This document shows, piece after piece, positions 1-15,000 of a stretch of DNA of 64,000 bases. A program made the position numbers and the translations under genes. Numbering within the stretch: the stretch's first letter is position 1; every line of letters starts with the position of its first letter. Below the pieces are notes generated by a model that saw only the letters and a program-made list of their open reading frames with translations, was not told the DNA's origin and did no database searches. Source of the stretch: Fimbriosthenelais zetlandica (lineage: Eukaryota); NCBI GenBank assembly GCA_977030845.1, contig OZ365110.1, positions 6,572,001-6,636,000 of the forward strand, read 5' to 3'.

Positions 1-41
1 GAACAAGAAAGTAAATAATAAATATGAAGTTCACAACTCAC

Positions 42-3000
42 CGGCGCTGGCAAAGAGGACTTGAACACTACTTAGATTCACATTGAATTTATCGTAAGCT
101 TTCTTCATCACCTCATCAAAAGATAACTGTGGAAAAGCAAATGTAACGATATTTTCTTATAGATGTTCAATTAAATACGGGGAACATGGATCTCACCACA
201 GACAGTTGTAGACATGGCTGGCTTTTTACATGCCTCTCACCATAGACAGTATGAGACACGGCTGGCCTTCTTACCATAGACAGTGGGAGACATGGCTGGC
301 CATCTCACCATAGACAGTGGGAGACATGGCTGGCTTTTGGCTCAGTAAAGATGGAAGATTGAATGTGTTATAGTTCTAATTTAAAGAAAAAGTCTCATTA
401 ACTTAAAGTTTTTCTCAATTTAACAGGAATTAGGAAATACTATTTACGATTGGTTTAAGTATACAAGTATCTCTTATTGTCTAATGATGCACCATCACCC
501 ATAATGTTTTTCTATAATCTTAAATTAAGAATTCTTCCTTATCATCAAACCCATAATTAATGCTATCACAAAAATCGTAGTTAATAGACCGATTATTTCA
601 GTAACACTTACATCCTCGACTTTCCCCTAAACAAATATATCACATAAATATTAATCATAATAATCAATAGGCCTATTCCATTTCCTTTGTAATGTCAAAA
701 TACTGTCTTCACATTATGAACAGATAATATTCGTAATATTCAACATATCCTTTTTTTTAATTTTTTAATACTAAAAATACTTACGGCTTCTGGCGATTTG
801 GGAGTGGTGACAGATCTGTCTTGTTTTTCACTCATTACACGAAGGTTTCCTAGATCCACCACCAACATGCTAGCGTCCCTGTACAAGACGAACAAACACA
901 AAATGACTACCGGTATAGCAATCATCCATACTTATCAAGGTAAGGTCGTCCTAAGATTCCATCATACTTAAAAGGAAGGATATACTTAAGGGCCGTCTTA
1001 TAGTGTTCATTGCGTGACAGTGTTCAATCCGTGATCGTGCCCCTTTAATATTATACGATAGCCATTCATCTCGCATCAAAGAAATTAAAATGTCAGGAGA
1101 TTAACGATTTCTGAACGGAAATTGATTTTTTTCCCAAAATCTTCCACAAAAATTGCCTCACTCATAAACAAAAATGAAGGTACATGTACCGTATTTGGCA
1201 GTGTATTAGTGACTTTTTCCCAAAAAATCGCGGCCTGCGGCTAATACAACGACGCGATTTTTATATAGATTTCTATACAAAGCCGCGGCTTATATATGGA
1301 TTGTAACGTGAGCGGCCAGGGGGTGCGGCTTATACACCGCAAATATGGTATTTGTATCAATAATTATCATGTGTGCGATCAATAAATGCATCTGCGGTGG
1401 ACAGTGAAATTAAAATGTGAGGAGAACAGTATGAACTCACGGTCTATAGACGCCCTTGTCAGGTATGATGACGTGGCAGGGCTGGAGATCGACGTTGATT
1501 TCTGTGTACTTATGTTGTTCTATAGCATGAGCTAAACCTGACGCCGTCTGGTCCTTAATTGATTCAAACTTCATCATAGCCGCGGCTTGCAGTCTGAAAG
1601 TATAGAAAACAGCACATTTGATAGAGATGAAGATCTGGTCTGAAAATATAACAGGCTTTAAATATTTGATAGAGCTCAGGATCTGGAGTATTATGGTGCA
1701 GACACGCCAACACTTTTTCATAAAAGGCCGATGAAAAGTGCATAAAAAGCATATAAAATTTCATAAAAACCACTAAGGTGTATCCCTGCCACATGGTGGA
1801 GAAGCTTTATAGACATTTGTTTAGAAATTTTGTATAGACGTTTTATTAAAAAAAACCTCATTGTTGTTTTCGCATATTTAGAGAAGACCACAATTCCAAG
1901 AATTTCCCATGAGTTGTCTTGGATAAATTGCCATTTCTCTGGACCGGGGATTAAAAACGAAAGATAATAATGAATTTTAACTCACTGTTTTAAGTAGACA
2001 GTTTCTGGCGGTTTGAAGAAATCTGCCACATGGTTGATGGTACACTAAAAGGTAAAAACAATAATTTTATGTGGAGGCAGTTAGCTCAGCTGCTTAGCTC
2101 ACTAAAGGGGTTGCCAATGATCGAAGGGTTGACGGTTCAACCATCCGAGCTATTTCAATTCCTCCCGCTTTAGGTTGTTGGTCTGTTCTAGAGCACATGC
2201 AGCTAGAAATAGCCATTGCACAGAAGGCAATGTATAGAATTGCACATAGAAAAAAAGCCCCCAGCTAGAAATCATACGTAAACTTGAACCAACAAGTGCG
2301 TGAGCTGGTAACCCTGAATTCCCTGAAGTTGCCAGGTTTTCCCTGATTTCCAGAGTCGCTTGGAATCCTGAAATTCTAACTAAAAAGCTAATACAATACG
2401 AAAAACAATTCAGACTCACAGCATCGTAGATGATTTCAAGTGGTTGAGAGTTGAGTTTGACCCTTTGGTCACATGACTCATCGAGTGGGTTGGTTTCAAA
2501 TGTAAGAGCGAGGAGCGCAGCATTAGATGTGAGCGCCTGGGAGGAGACCATGACGGGGATGTTATTATCTACCGGACATCCAAGCACCTGGAGACGGTCC
2601 ATCCGGGCGTCCACCCGCATGGCGTTAGCTGCTGGACGCTGGTTGATGGCTGCTGAGACGTCCTGCAGCTGCAGCTTCACCACTTGACCAGCACTGCAAC
2701 ATTTATTATTGAAACCAATAAATTTAAGAAGTCTGCTTGGTTCTGCGGTAGATACCTTTGGAACGATTTAGCGCTGGAAATCCGGAATGAGGATAATTAT
2801 GAGGATAATTATTTTTTAGGCTGAAACTGATTGTAGAAATGACCTACCTCTTTCCTTGTACAGCAAGAGGGTCCTTGAGGGTAACGGACAAGTTGTGCAG
2901 CCGGAAATGCAACTTGTTGGCAATGAACTGGAATGACAAGAAGTTTTCCCTTATAAAATGTATTCAATTTCTGCTTTTATGTTCTTCTGTCTATATCTAT

Positions 3001-6000
3001 GAAAGATGAAATATCTCCTTGTACTATATATCATTGAAAAGCTCATAATCTGCTCTGCAACTAACTCAAAATTCATTTTTGCGACTTTAGACTTATATCG
3101 TGAAAACACGTCACATATGGGTTCTCCACCAAAGTTGTATGATAGGTTCTCCACCAATTGCTATTTGTTGTAGCTATTGTCTAGGTGTTTATCAAACGTT
3201 GTGTTTTAGCAATTGCATGGGTTAGCTACCAAATGTTAGGTGTCGGGGCTATTCCATGGGTTCTTAAAAGATGAAGACAAATATTCAAATCTCTAACTGA
3301 GACTGCTCACCTCTTTGGGAAGAGTCGGGTCTGAAGTATTTTCCTGGTAGCCTATGGCATCGTACAACTTGTTTTTCTCCTCAGGGGTCATCAGCTGCTG
3401 GAACTGTTCTCCTGGAATCACACCCATGCTACCTGCTGTCAGAACGGGAGGGCCAAAAAAAAACACAAAAAAAAACCACAGCCAACCACCACCAGGGATG
3501 ATCGATTGATTGAGGGTTTAAGGGGGAGAGAGAGAAAGACAAGAGTGCGTTAGGGTTAGCAGTGGCAGGCAGTATACATTATTATATCAGCTAGATCAGA
3601 TAGATAATGCCCAAGACATTCATGTATTTCTGGATACATTTCAGAATAAATCGGAAAACTGTGGATTTTTATTTTCATTTTCCTGCATATAGAATTTCCA
3701 TGTATAATATATATTTTCATTAAATTGCATTCAGCATCTGAATTGGTTCTGTAAGGGTCGCAATTATCTATACGAGTCAACTGCAGGAAAGACGGATACC
3801 AGAAACACATTTCAGGCCAAACAAAATATCACACACTAACACGTATATACATACTTAAGTACATATTAGTAGTAAACAAATTTAGTTGTTAGCACTTATG
3901 AACAAGCATTTGCAAAATTATCTTATAGATAGGATTAATATTTTCTTATTAAGCAGCAGAAACATGAGATGCGTTTATGGGTTTAAATATCTTTTAGAAC
4001 TAACTGGAACTTAGTAGCAGCATTGCATCTAAATTAGTGTTAAATCAAACAGCATAAACAGACAGGGAAGTAAACCCTAATGATTATCTCTTGTGTTTCT
4101 AGAGCACATACAGAAGGAATGTTCGGACGAGTGGTGGATGGTTGAAACAATATATTAGGGCAATACATAGGGATTAAACTAAAAGTCGGGACAGAAGATA
4201 CCTAATATTAAACTTCTCGCCAAATATCATTTCATCAAAGGTTTAGAATCAGAAGGAATAGCAAAAGAATTCACCATCACTCGAGACGACAAAGAAAGGA
4301 TGTCAATTTGGGAATGAGAAAGCACAAAGTTGTTTTTGGATAAGTTTCCAAATGACATGAAAGGATAAATATAACATAAAATTTCAAATTCAGTATTCAA
4401 TCTTAATGCAATTTAGTAATTTAATAATTTAATAAATTTGCTGAAAACCAACTGGTTTTAAATGTCAGAACTTTACAATGGAAAAATGAAAGGCACTATA
4501 AAGATAAGGTCACTATAATATTGACAATAACAAATTCTCTGAATAATGTATTATTGATAAGAAAAGAAAAAGAAAAGTGCTCACCTATTTCCTTTTCCTC
4601 CGTTTTGTCCTCTTTCTGGCCGCCGCCCCACCAGCCTGAGAACCACCCTCCACCGCCACCCGATTTGTCCTTCTTGGCTCCTTCTTTCTTTACCTTCAAA
4701 TCATACATTCTTTCATTAGATTCTGTCAACAGTTAGAACTCAATAAAGTCAATGAGTGAGTAGGGACACATATTGAATAATAACTTTAAAAATAGAATAA
4801 ACCCATGACCGTTTTGAAAGAAATTATACCGTTAGATCCTATGCAACATTTATAATGCTTGTTAACACCTGGATATTATGATAACACTGAAACAGTATAT
4901 CATAAGAGAAAGAAACTTTTAAAAATGAAAGTTCAAATTTATGGATGGACGGAAATTAGGAATAGAATGAAATAATGATTTCATTAAAGTGCAGAGCATA
5001 AATGAGTGTTGATTTAAAAGTTAATCACTATCTATCTCTGCTTTATGGATTTCTCAGTAACTATATTTTGAACCTGGAATTTTTTTTTCTGTTAATGATT
5101 GTGACAATTGAAATTCCCAACATGGAACCTTGGTGCATTGTGTTGTCTTCTATACATACTTGGTGTCCTACTGCAGGTATATCCCCCATAAATATTAATT
5201 TAAACTTTTAAATATCCCTATCTATACCGTTTAGAAGCCAAAATCTATATATTATTTGTATTATCTAGCGGTAATATTGGAAGAAATATACGAGTGAGAA
5301 CACTGCTCAAAAAAGATGAATGTATCCAAAAAAGAAGCGATCACATTGGAAATACCTTCCGAACTATTAATGATATAAAAACTTTCTAAATCTCAAATGA
5401 ATGCAACCAGAATTTACCTCGAAGAAGTCGACGATCTATATGTGTATAAAAGATATAATCTTGCAAAAAAGCAGGACAGTGAAATAGGGCTCAACGAAAT
5501 AATTAAAGTTGAAATTTTTTCAGTTACTCAATACTGCAAAATAGTATGAGATTAGGACATTCTCATTTCATATATCACTCCAGAATTATTTGTGTAATTA
5601 TTTGTTAAATTTCCAAATGCTTGTGGAAGTAACAACATCTCAGAAACGGGAGACCTATCTGGCCTTTGCCGCTCAGGACAATCGCAAATTTGGAGAATAC
5701 TTGGGGAATTGAACCTGTAACTCGTAACATCTCCAAACCGGAAACAATTTCAGTCTGTATATCATAGTAAGACCTGACCTTCCAGAAGAGGGCACAAGCT
5801 AAGCACCAGATCATGACAAGATAGAGCATGCAGAGTTGATAAAGTGAGGTGTCTACAATCCTGCTCACCTCCACCTCCGCCTGCTGCCGAGCCAACGTTA
5901 TGTTAAACACGCTCAGTGACTTCTCACATCTCTGAAAAACGGAAAAATAATACTCTAAATTAAAAAGAAATTATAGCAATAAACGACTCTAGGAAAATGG

Positions 6001-9000
6001 GTTAGAGAGATTATAAGGTACAAGGATAATGGATTAGGGCATGTAACCAAAATTTGATATTTGGCTCTATCATGTATTATAAGCTAAATAACATTTCTCT
6101 TCTAGTAGATTTAATAAGTTATATGGTAATTAGAGAATCTAAATTGGTAATGAGTTTTTCACGTACATCGAGGGTGTCTTGTACGTCTTTGGCCACCTTC
6201 TTGTTGACTAGTTTCTTCTTGTAAGCCGTCTTGTAGTCACGGAATGTTCTCCGGTGTTCTATGATGTTCTTCCATGACCACATATTCCTCCTGCGCCGAA
6301 CGCGCTCCTCCAGAATACACGCGTAGGCAAAATGCCACCTGACAAACCAAACCAGACAAGTCATTTAATAAACATGTGAGAAATTACTATGCCACAATAA
6401 AATTTAATGTTAAAATTGGCAAAAATGGCAATTTAATGTTAAAGATCGCAAAATCGGGATGAAAATCGGGCTGGTGGATGTCGGGCTTTATGACAGGTAA
6501 TAGAAGGCAATATAGATATTTAATACATGGCATTGTGGTTTAATGTTAAAACCAGTGTTATTTTGCTGAAATTAATATGCCACAATAAAAAACTTTAATT
6601 TTAATGTTAAAATTGGCAAAAATGGCAATTTAATATTAAAATTAAAAATTGAGAAGTAGACTGACCACTGCTTGGCGTGGCCTCGCTTGGTCTGGACGTG
6701 GGGTCTGTATTTACGGTATTTGGATGACAGCGTCATCCTTTCTAATGACTCTAACAGCTCCATGACGTCGAGGTACTGCCGTCTCTGTAGCACGACAGCG
6801 ATCTCCTCAAACACGACGTTAAGCAGGATCTTAGGTATGGTGAACTCGTCTCGCTCTGGTTTGGTGTGCATTCGAAGCTGGACACTTGATGAGATTGGTT
6901 CTACCACTGAAACAAGGAGGTAAAGTATCTCAAACATTGCAGATGCAAACATGGAAGATATTCTCATCATTCTTTTCAGACAACTCTCTTTTGGGGAGGT
7001 TTTTTAATCGTTTCAATCGTATTTGCCGATGTATAAGCCGCGACTTTTTCCAAAAATTCGCTGCCTGTGGTTAATATAATGAAGCAGGTTTTATAAAGTT
7101 TTATACAATTTCTATACAAAGCAGCGGTTTATATATGGATTTCAATTAAATTAATACAATGTACTCACAGTATTGGAAATCTGTCTTATTTCCAGGACTT
7201 GCTATTGTAGCTTTCATGAAGTCCTGATTTTGATAAAAAGAAAAGAAAAGAAATTTAATTAAGGAATAAATATAGTTTATAATTGTCAATTGGTTAATCA
7301 CGGGGATTGGATTAGACATATAAGATAATACCTCCCAACATCTAACTTAGACTTTGGTTATGCATTCCAAAGAACGTGACTTAGTAACTTAATTTTAAAA
7401 TTAATTAAATGAATTGATTCAATTTAATGAAAATATAGAAATATACTCACGAGGGCTGCCTGCCTCTGCATATTCACGAGTGATTTTGTTTGACTGTTCC
7501 AGTAAAGTGAGAGGCTTTCTAGCCTCACCAACTAAAACAGAAACGACGACCAAATGTTAATGCAAAGTGTCACAATATTGTCACAAGTCAACTGTCTTGA
7601 AACAATATCCTCTGAGGTCCATATTTATTTAGACCATAGTACCAGTACTATTTAATTTTCTATCACTATCAGTATTAATACAGAAGTGGACCATACTATT
7701 TTCTATCCCTATTAATTTAAACTTACTTTGTATATTTTATCCACTGTCTCCTTTATGATCATAGGTTTCCAGTTCTCGTTCGTTGTCTGAAAAATTGAAT
7801 AAAGATATTGATTCAGGTATGACAAAATTTGACATCCAATGTATATTATCCGTATTCATATATGGAATACTACGAGACGGTTTCACCACTCCTCATTAAA
7901 GACTATGTAAAATATAACAATTACAAAAATTTTTAAAACATTTAAAAAAAAATTTGGATAAATTTTTAAAAGGGAAAAACAGATGTAAAATGCTATCTCA
8001 CCTGGAATGAGAGGCCTTTGAGTGTGACGCCAATAGCGAATGGGTTTTGAGGGTTAGCGAAGTGATCCTCATAGCGGACGTGTATATTACTGACTGTCAC
8101 CTGGAGATTCTTAATCACCTGGCTCGCTAACTTCTCAGCGAACGAATCAGCCTGAGGTTGCTTAGGCTTATCTAATGGTGAAGAACATGATGTTTATTCC
8201 ATTAGGAAAATTATTTATTTTACAATAGTTTTCAGTTAAAATATTGCATGAATTTCCCATTTTAACATTGATGATAACAGATGAATTTTGATTTAATCAT
8301 GTCATGTGGCCGGTTACCTTCATGGCAAAACATTTTATCTTTATCTAAGATAAAACATTTTTTAATTCAATTTTATCGTACAAATTTACATAAAATAGTT
8401 GGATTCAATTAGTTATTATTGTCAATATTTGTTACATTTTTTTTTTTATTAATGTTATCAATTAATCAATGCGTACATTTATTTTCAAAAAGGAGAATTT
8501 TAGGCAACTTTGTCTCCAAGGTTTTTAACAAAGTTTAGAAATATTTAAAAAGGTATAAACATATATTTAAATATGGCTTACTTTTCTCTGCCTCTAGTTT
8601 CTTGGCCTCCTCAATGCGGGCCAGCTCCTTCTGCTTGGCGTCCTGCATGGCCTTCTCTTCCTTCTCCTCATTGTACTTGACAGCTGTGAAAAAGATAATT
8701 TAAAATGGAAAATTTCTGAAATTATCTATAGATACAATTGTATCTTATTTAAAATTAGGCAATGAGGCAGAAGATAAATTCTCCTATGCCCTTTCTCATT
8801 TAATGTTAAAATATTTATTTATAATGCAATCTAATTTATTTGATCTGTTTTAATCTAATCAATATGTCAATATGATAAGCAAATTTCCTCATATGTAGCC
8901 ATATTGTATTGGATTTATCTCGAATATTTAAATAGCTCGGTTCCAGATGAAACACGTATAATCACCAACATTAAAAACATTAGATTTGGATCAATGAACG

Positions 9001-12000
9001 ACATTTTGTATATTTATTACGAGTGTATTCCCCACAGCTGTCGGCCTATTATCTGCCACCTCATCAGCATAATACAAGTATATCATAATAGTATTAACCT
9101 TCAATATGGGCGACGATATCTGATTATAGTGATAAATATAGTGCAAGAATTAATGATCAAATCAATACATTGTATGCTTGGAGCAATATTAAAGTTGTAC
9201 CTTGCCAAATCCGAGCCAGAACCAACCAATGTTTCCATAATTCACAAGGCAATTTGATCAATAATATACAGACGAGTCTATGTATAATTTACAAAAACCA
9301 ATACACAGAGACGCGATGCCAGTCGCCTCGGTAGCGCAGTAGGCAGCGCGTCAGTCTCATAATCTGAAGGTCGTGAGTTCGATCCTCACCCGGGGCAGGC
9401 GACTGACGTTTTGGTAATATTTTTTCTTAGATTAATTGGTAAATATTCTTAGAAAAACCACTAGAACTATGGCTCGATTCAGTCGCCTCGGTAGCGCAGT
9501 AGGCAGCGCGTCAGTCTCATAATCTGAAGGTCGTGAGTTCGATCCTCACCCGGGGCAGGCGGCTGAATTTTTCCAAATTAATAACTTTTATAATAGTTCA
9601 GTCAATATTTAAAAATAACCAGATCAGGGATCAAGACCAGTGGCCTCTACAGCTCGATACAGTCGCCTCGGTAGCGCAGTAGGCAGCGCGTCAGTCTCAT
9701 AATCTGAAGGTCGTGAGTTCGATCCTCACCCGGGGCAGGCGGCTGATTTTTTTCACAATGATGAATAACTAAATTCCAAATTATCAGACAATTGTTCTCA
9801 TCTACATCCATATAATTTTCATCAATTTTTCTCTCTTAACTAGCTCAATACTAGTGCATTTCAGCCCATTTTATACAATTACAAGACTTTAATCTGTTTC
9901 TTTTTTAACTGACCAATCAATAAAATCAAATGTGAAGTCCCATCATATAAATTAACCAGATTGGAGGAACCTAATCGGATCGTAAGTGGATCACACGCTT
10001 AAGTTGTCTATCGAGATAGTGGGAGCCCGTCTTAAAATGAAATAAATACTGTACTCACTTGATTGTGGCACGGCCACCACGTATAGTCCATCTAGATCAG
10101 CGATCACTGGCTCCGTATATAAGTTCTTCCACGGAATCTTCAACGTCAGCTTCCCTGTAGATATAAAGAAAGTTTTAAATTTAAAATGATATTTTTAATA
10201 ATTATCTGCTTTTTCTTTTCTGATAATTAAACAGAACGGAAGTGTGAATATGTGTCTTCTAGTATTTGTGAATCCTTTAGTACTCGCCGGTGGGGTGGAT
10301 GGGGGGTGGAGGGGTGGAGGGTATAGCAATTGCTGGTTAGAATCCTCTGTGCTGGGCTGTTGTGTCTTACTTTCATCGAAGACCGATGCATTAAATATGC
10401 CATAACCGTGCATTATCAGTTATAATACACGGTTATAAAGCATGATTACAGCCTACATATGTACAAATTGCCCATAGCCAACATGATTTGTGCCAGTCAT
10501 CGATATTATTTCTGGAAAATATTTTAAAAATTGACCTTTAACTGGGATTTTGGGAATTAAAAGATGAGGGAAGATGACGAAGATAGAGAAGGGCACTATG
10601 ACCATGGGGAGGTGGTCAAGAACTAATGACCTTAAAGTCCTTTATACTATAATCACTGGCGGATCGGGGTCCTTCCCCCAAACCCTTGAAACAAATTTCA
10701 AATCATTTTTTCCCAATGTTAAACAAAATCAAAGCAGGTGGGGTTTTCTTAATTCTTTCTTAATTTTCGGGAAGGGGCCACCCTTGAATCCCCATTGGGT
10801 TCGATAATGCCCCCTACCCAGGGGGTTTAATCCTATTGTTACTCATTCATCTCGCCGTCTTATCGCAGACAGACGAGATTAAAGTGTAAAGTAGGAGAGA
10901 GTGGCGTGAGGAATACATCACAGATCCATCAAATGCTGAACAGGCCCTGAATCAATGTATAATGGCCACTCGCCAGCCGTGAAGGCCAAAATGAATACTT
11001 TAAGTAGACAGCAAAATTCAAGAGGAGAAGTGTGGAATAGATATTTAGATTTGGTTTACTAAATTAATTTATCTGGGTGATTTTTAAAAAATAATTTATC
11101 ACTTTCTCTTCACCCCTCCTTTCCCTCACTCCCTTCCCTCATATCATTCCCTCTTCCTCACCTCATTCTCTCCTTTCTCCAAATCTCCGACTTATTTTTA
11201 GACTTATTTAGTGAAAACACGTTACATATCTGTGTGTTTCTCGTTCAAGTCTAGTGTATAGACTACATGCTCATATTCGCAGTAAGTTTAGAGTATACTT
11301 GAGCCAGGTCGACCACAGGGCCAGGTAGTGACTGGCTTCCCTCCTCACTGCCCCACTGCCGTATTATGATAATATTATGTGTCAGTACAAGGATGGCAGG
11401 TATGTGGGTCCAGAAGGGGGAGGGGAGGGGCTCCAGGGGAGGGAGCCGTCATTACTTATCATCTTTAAGAATGTTTTAAATTCTTTATTTTACCTAAAGT
11501 TTGGTCAAATTAGAAATGTTCATTTCCGAGTGATTGGAAAATAATTACTTGAACAAAATATTTCGGGCATATTTGGACCCGAATCGAAATTTTCGCGAAA
11601 ATTGCGAAAAAGCATGGAAATTTCAATTGAGATATTTTAGATATTCTTTCCCTTTTAGATATTACTTAAAATAGCCACAACCAAAGGACTATTAAATGGG
11701 ATTAGCGGGGGCGGATCAAGGGGGTCCTTTTTTTTTAGATAATGTTATTCAAATGGGCACAAGTCAAAAACCCACTCCCACCTCACATGCTTGAACCCTA
11801 ACCCCTCTTTTCAAGCAAGGCCTGGATCCCTCCCGCGTTCCCCCAATTAACCTGATCAGAAATAATTGAAATACAAAGACCCCCTCCTTAACCAAGCTAA
11901 CCACAATGAGTCCTCGTGATTTGAGTAAACATGTAAAGCCCTGGTATTATTGTATACCTTAGGTTTACCCCACTTGGCCAGGTGCCAGGAAATAGATCAT

Positions 12001-15000
12001 GGATCAGTCAGTGAACAACACAACTATCATCCATGAATAAACGTGGCTTGTTTAGACAGTTGGAGGTAGGTATGTGTGATGATACATATAGCATCACATT
12101 ATGTTCTTACCCACTCCCTCACCTTTTATCATATAGTTCACTGGGTGACTGGAACTTGACAATATACATATGTACACCCTGACGGATCCAGGGTTTTGGG
12201 GTGAGAGGGGATTTGGGGGCGGGGCGGGGGGGGGGGGGGGCAAGGTGCTCCTAAAAATGGTTGAGAGAGAAAAGAAGCCGTTTCAATTCGCATTTTGATT
12301 TACTTCATAACATTGGACAGTGCTATAGAAAACCATTGAGTGAACAATTGGTGCAGTACATCAGAGGTATAAAATTTTTTTTAAAAAAGCTTGCCGCGGT
12401 CCACTCACCTATATCACCTTGACAATACTGACTTCCTACAGTCTAAACACCCCCACCACCCAGCCATGTTTACCGCTATAATACCAGCTGTATAATACCT
12501 GTATATTCCATGAATACTTCTCTTCTCCTTCCAAAATAGACCTGCTTCATCAATTGCCCAAATTTCGTGATAAACAAGAATTGATTCCTGTTTCCAAATT
12601 CATTCCAATATTCAGTAATACCAAACGCTTTAAATTTATTCCAGGGTTCCATATTTGAAAAAAATAGCCAGAGGCATCGAGGAATCACATCGAAATCCTT
12701 TTCCTGTGTCTTACTGATCTATTAAAGCCCTAAAGTCCATTTTACCAATAATAAATTATTTTAATTCCATTCGGAATTTTGCAATTTCTAATCTATGCCA
12801 TTTTCTGGATAATCTTCCCACATGTATAATCCTCATAAAAAAATCTCATCTTTTCAAATCTCTAAACCTGTAATAGATATTGACTATTTTTTCACAAGTT
12901 CTATCTAACCAGATACCCTATGAGATCACTGATCTAGCCCATAACCTAGGCTAGGGTACAGTATAGAGTTAGATAGATTTGGGGCGGGGTTGAGGGTCGG
13001 GGAGGCAAGCAGGTGCCCCTGATAGATAATGAACGGTCCCATATCCACATCTCACACCCATGTTCCATCTCCAGCACCTATCTGTCTCTGTGAGGTGGAG
13101 CCATCCATACTATCTACAACTACAGTGATAAAATGCTGCACTCCAGGCAACCCCAGATGATTTTTATCCTCCTAAAGGTGCCCACACACTAATCCCATTA
13201 TCTATCCGGCTCCATCCGATAGTAGTCCGTTACTATATTTCCTTTCGCACCCAATGCTTGTAATTTTAACAGTCCCTTACACCTAGGTAAGGGTAACTAA
13301 TGACACAATTTCAATCATTGGATGTCATTTATTACAAATGGGGGATCGGATGGAGACGGTTTGGAGAATTGGATTAGTGTGTGGGCACCTTAAAACATAC
13401 AGCCCACTCTTGGCTGTTACCACCTCCACCACCCAGAGATTTAGCAAGGAACTTAGGATGGATAGATTATAAGTGGGGTGGATTCGTTTGTAGATGGTTA
13501 AATTAAAGGTCCAGTCAGAAACGTATTAGTCGAGAGGAAACACATTGTCGGAAGAGAATGAATTATTCTTCTTCGCGAATGGCAGTAAGAGTTCTTTTGC
13601 AGGCCTCTCACCATAGACAGTGGGAGACATGGATGGCATTTCACTTGCCGCTCAACATAGACATTAGGAGACATGGCTGACATTTGATATTGAGCTGAAC
13701 TGCATCAATCAAGCTCTAGAAATGTATGAATATTCAGCCTATACTTTAACATTAAATTACTACATTAAATTAAGTCCCAAATTAAGCACACGTGTGCAAC
13801 AAATTTTGGAAATATTTTGCTTGATATTATAACCAGAACCTAATCTATGCAAGTAGCATTACATTGAAGAAATAATTATAGTAAATTTGATGGATCTCGT
13901 ATTGTGCAAATACTAAAAATATATTGCTAGTTGATCTACATCATAACAGACAATCTAATATATGCCAGTATAGTGGGAGGAAAAATACGGTAAGAAATTT
14001 ACGGCAAGATATGGCAGGATCATAGGGACGTCTGGACTTTATGTAATGCCATACCGGCGCCTCAGGTCGGGTGGGTGGGTGGGGGTTGGGGGGGGGGGGG
14101 GGGTTGGTAGACAGGTGGGGCATTAAGAGAGATGTCTGGTATGGTATGCGACGGTGGGGGGTTAAAGGTCTCCCAACCCACCCCCACCCCAACCCCCTCC
14201 AAACACCAGTTTAATTTATTTTTATTTATTTTACGGATTCTTTGAGACCCATTAAATTTGAGAAAATGAATGCTTTAAATTTAACATTTTCAGAGGGTTC
14301 TTTCTAGTGCCCTCCACCCCCCACAACCACCGCCAGTTGGAAAATCCTGGAAGTGCCCCTGTGAATGATAGCCTTAGACCAGAGGGTCAGCTCCCTATAA
14401 CCTAGCAGTGCTGAGTCAGGCCAGACAGACTGGATCAGTATATATATGTGTGTCAGGCTTAGTGCTGATCATCCATGATCCATTCTTGTGGCATTCAGCA
14501 TGATGGATAAGACTGCACTGTAACGGTAACATAAGTGGCCTGTACTTAGCAACCCAATCAGGTGCAATCAGTCATTCTTCTTTTCACGTTGTACAATGTG
14601 TCTTATTTGTACTTTTTCTGTCTACCTTGTTTTACATTATCTATTTTTTTACTCTCCTTTTCTTCCAATTTTGATCTGGCTTTGCCTCCGTTTCTTTTCT
14701 TTCTACCATATTTGTTCCTTTCGTTTTTACAAACTTTTCTTTCAATCTAAGATTTCTCTTTTACGTATTTTTATTCGTGTTTTATCATTTCATCTTTAAG
14801 TAGCCATCTGGGTAATACTTTAGTTTTATTATCTCTTTTAATCACTCCCATGCTAATAAGCACTAGCTCCACATGAAATTTGTTCTGCTGTCCCTTAACA
14901 CATTATAGAAGACCATGTTTTAAAAGATCTTTCGGAGTTCCTAAAACCTGCGAGCTTTTGAGATGGCCCCTAAGTTAAAGAACTATTGTGCAATAACTCA

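Noticed and set aside
191-334. Repeat-spacer-like array
   Set aside because: Variable parts are only 2-12 nt; intronic; no cas genes
5356-5363. 8-nt AG|TTCGGAAG|GT candidate microexon in VPS13
   Set aside because: Frame-shifting; exon 5869-5931 joins 4585-4693 in frame without it
9970-10010. GTGGATCAC, reminiscent of the 5.8S rRNA 5' end
   Set aside because: Only 9 nt match; flanks do not follow rRNA
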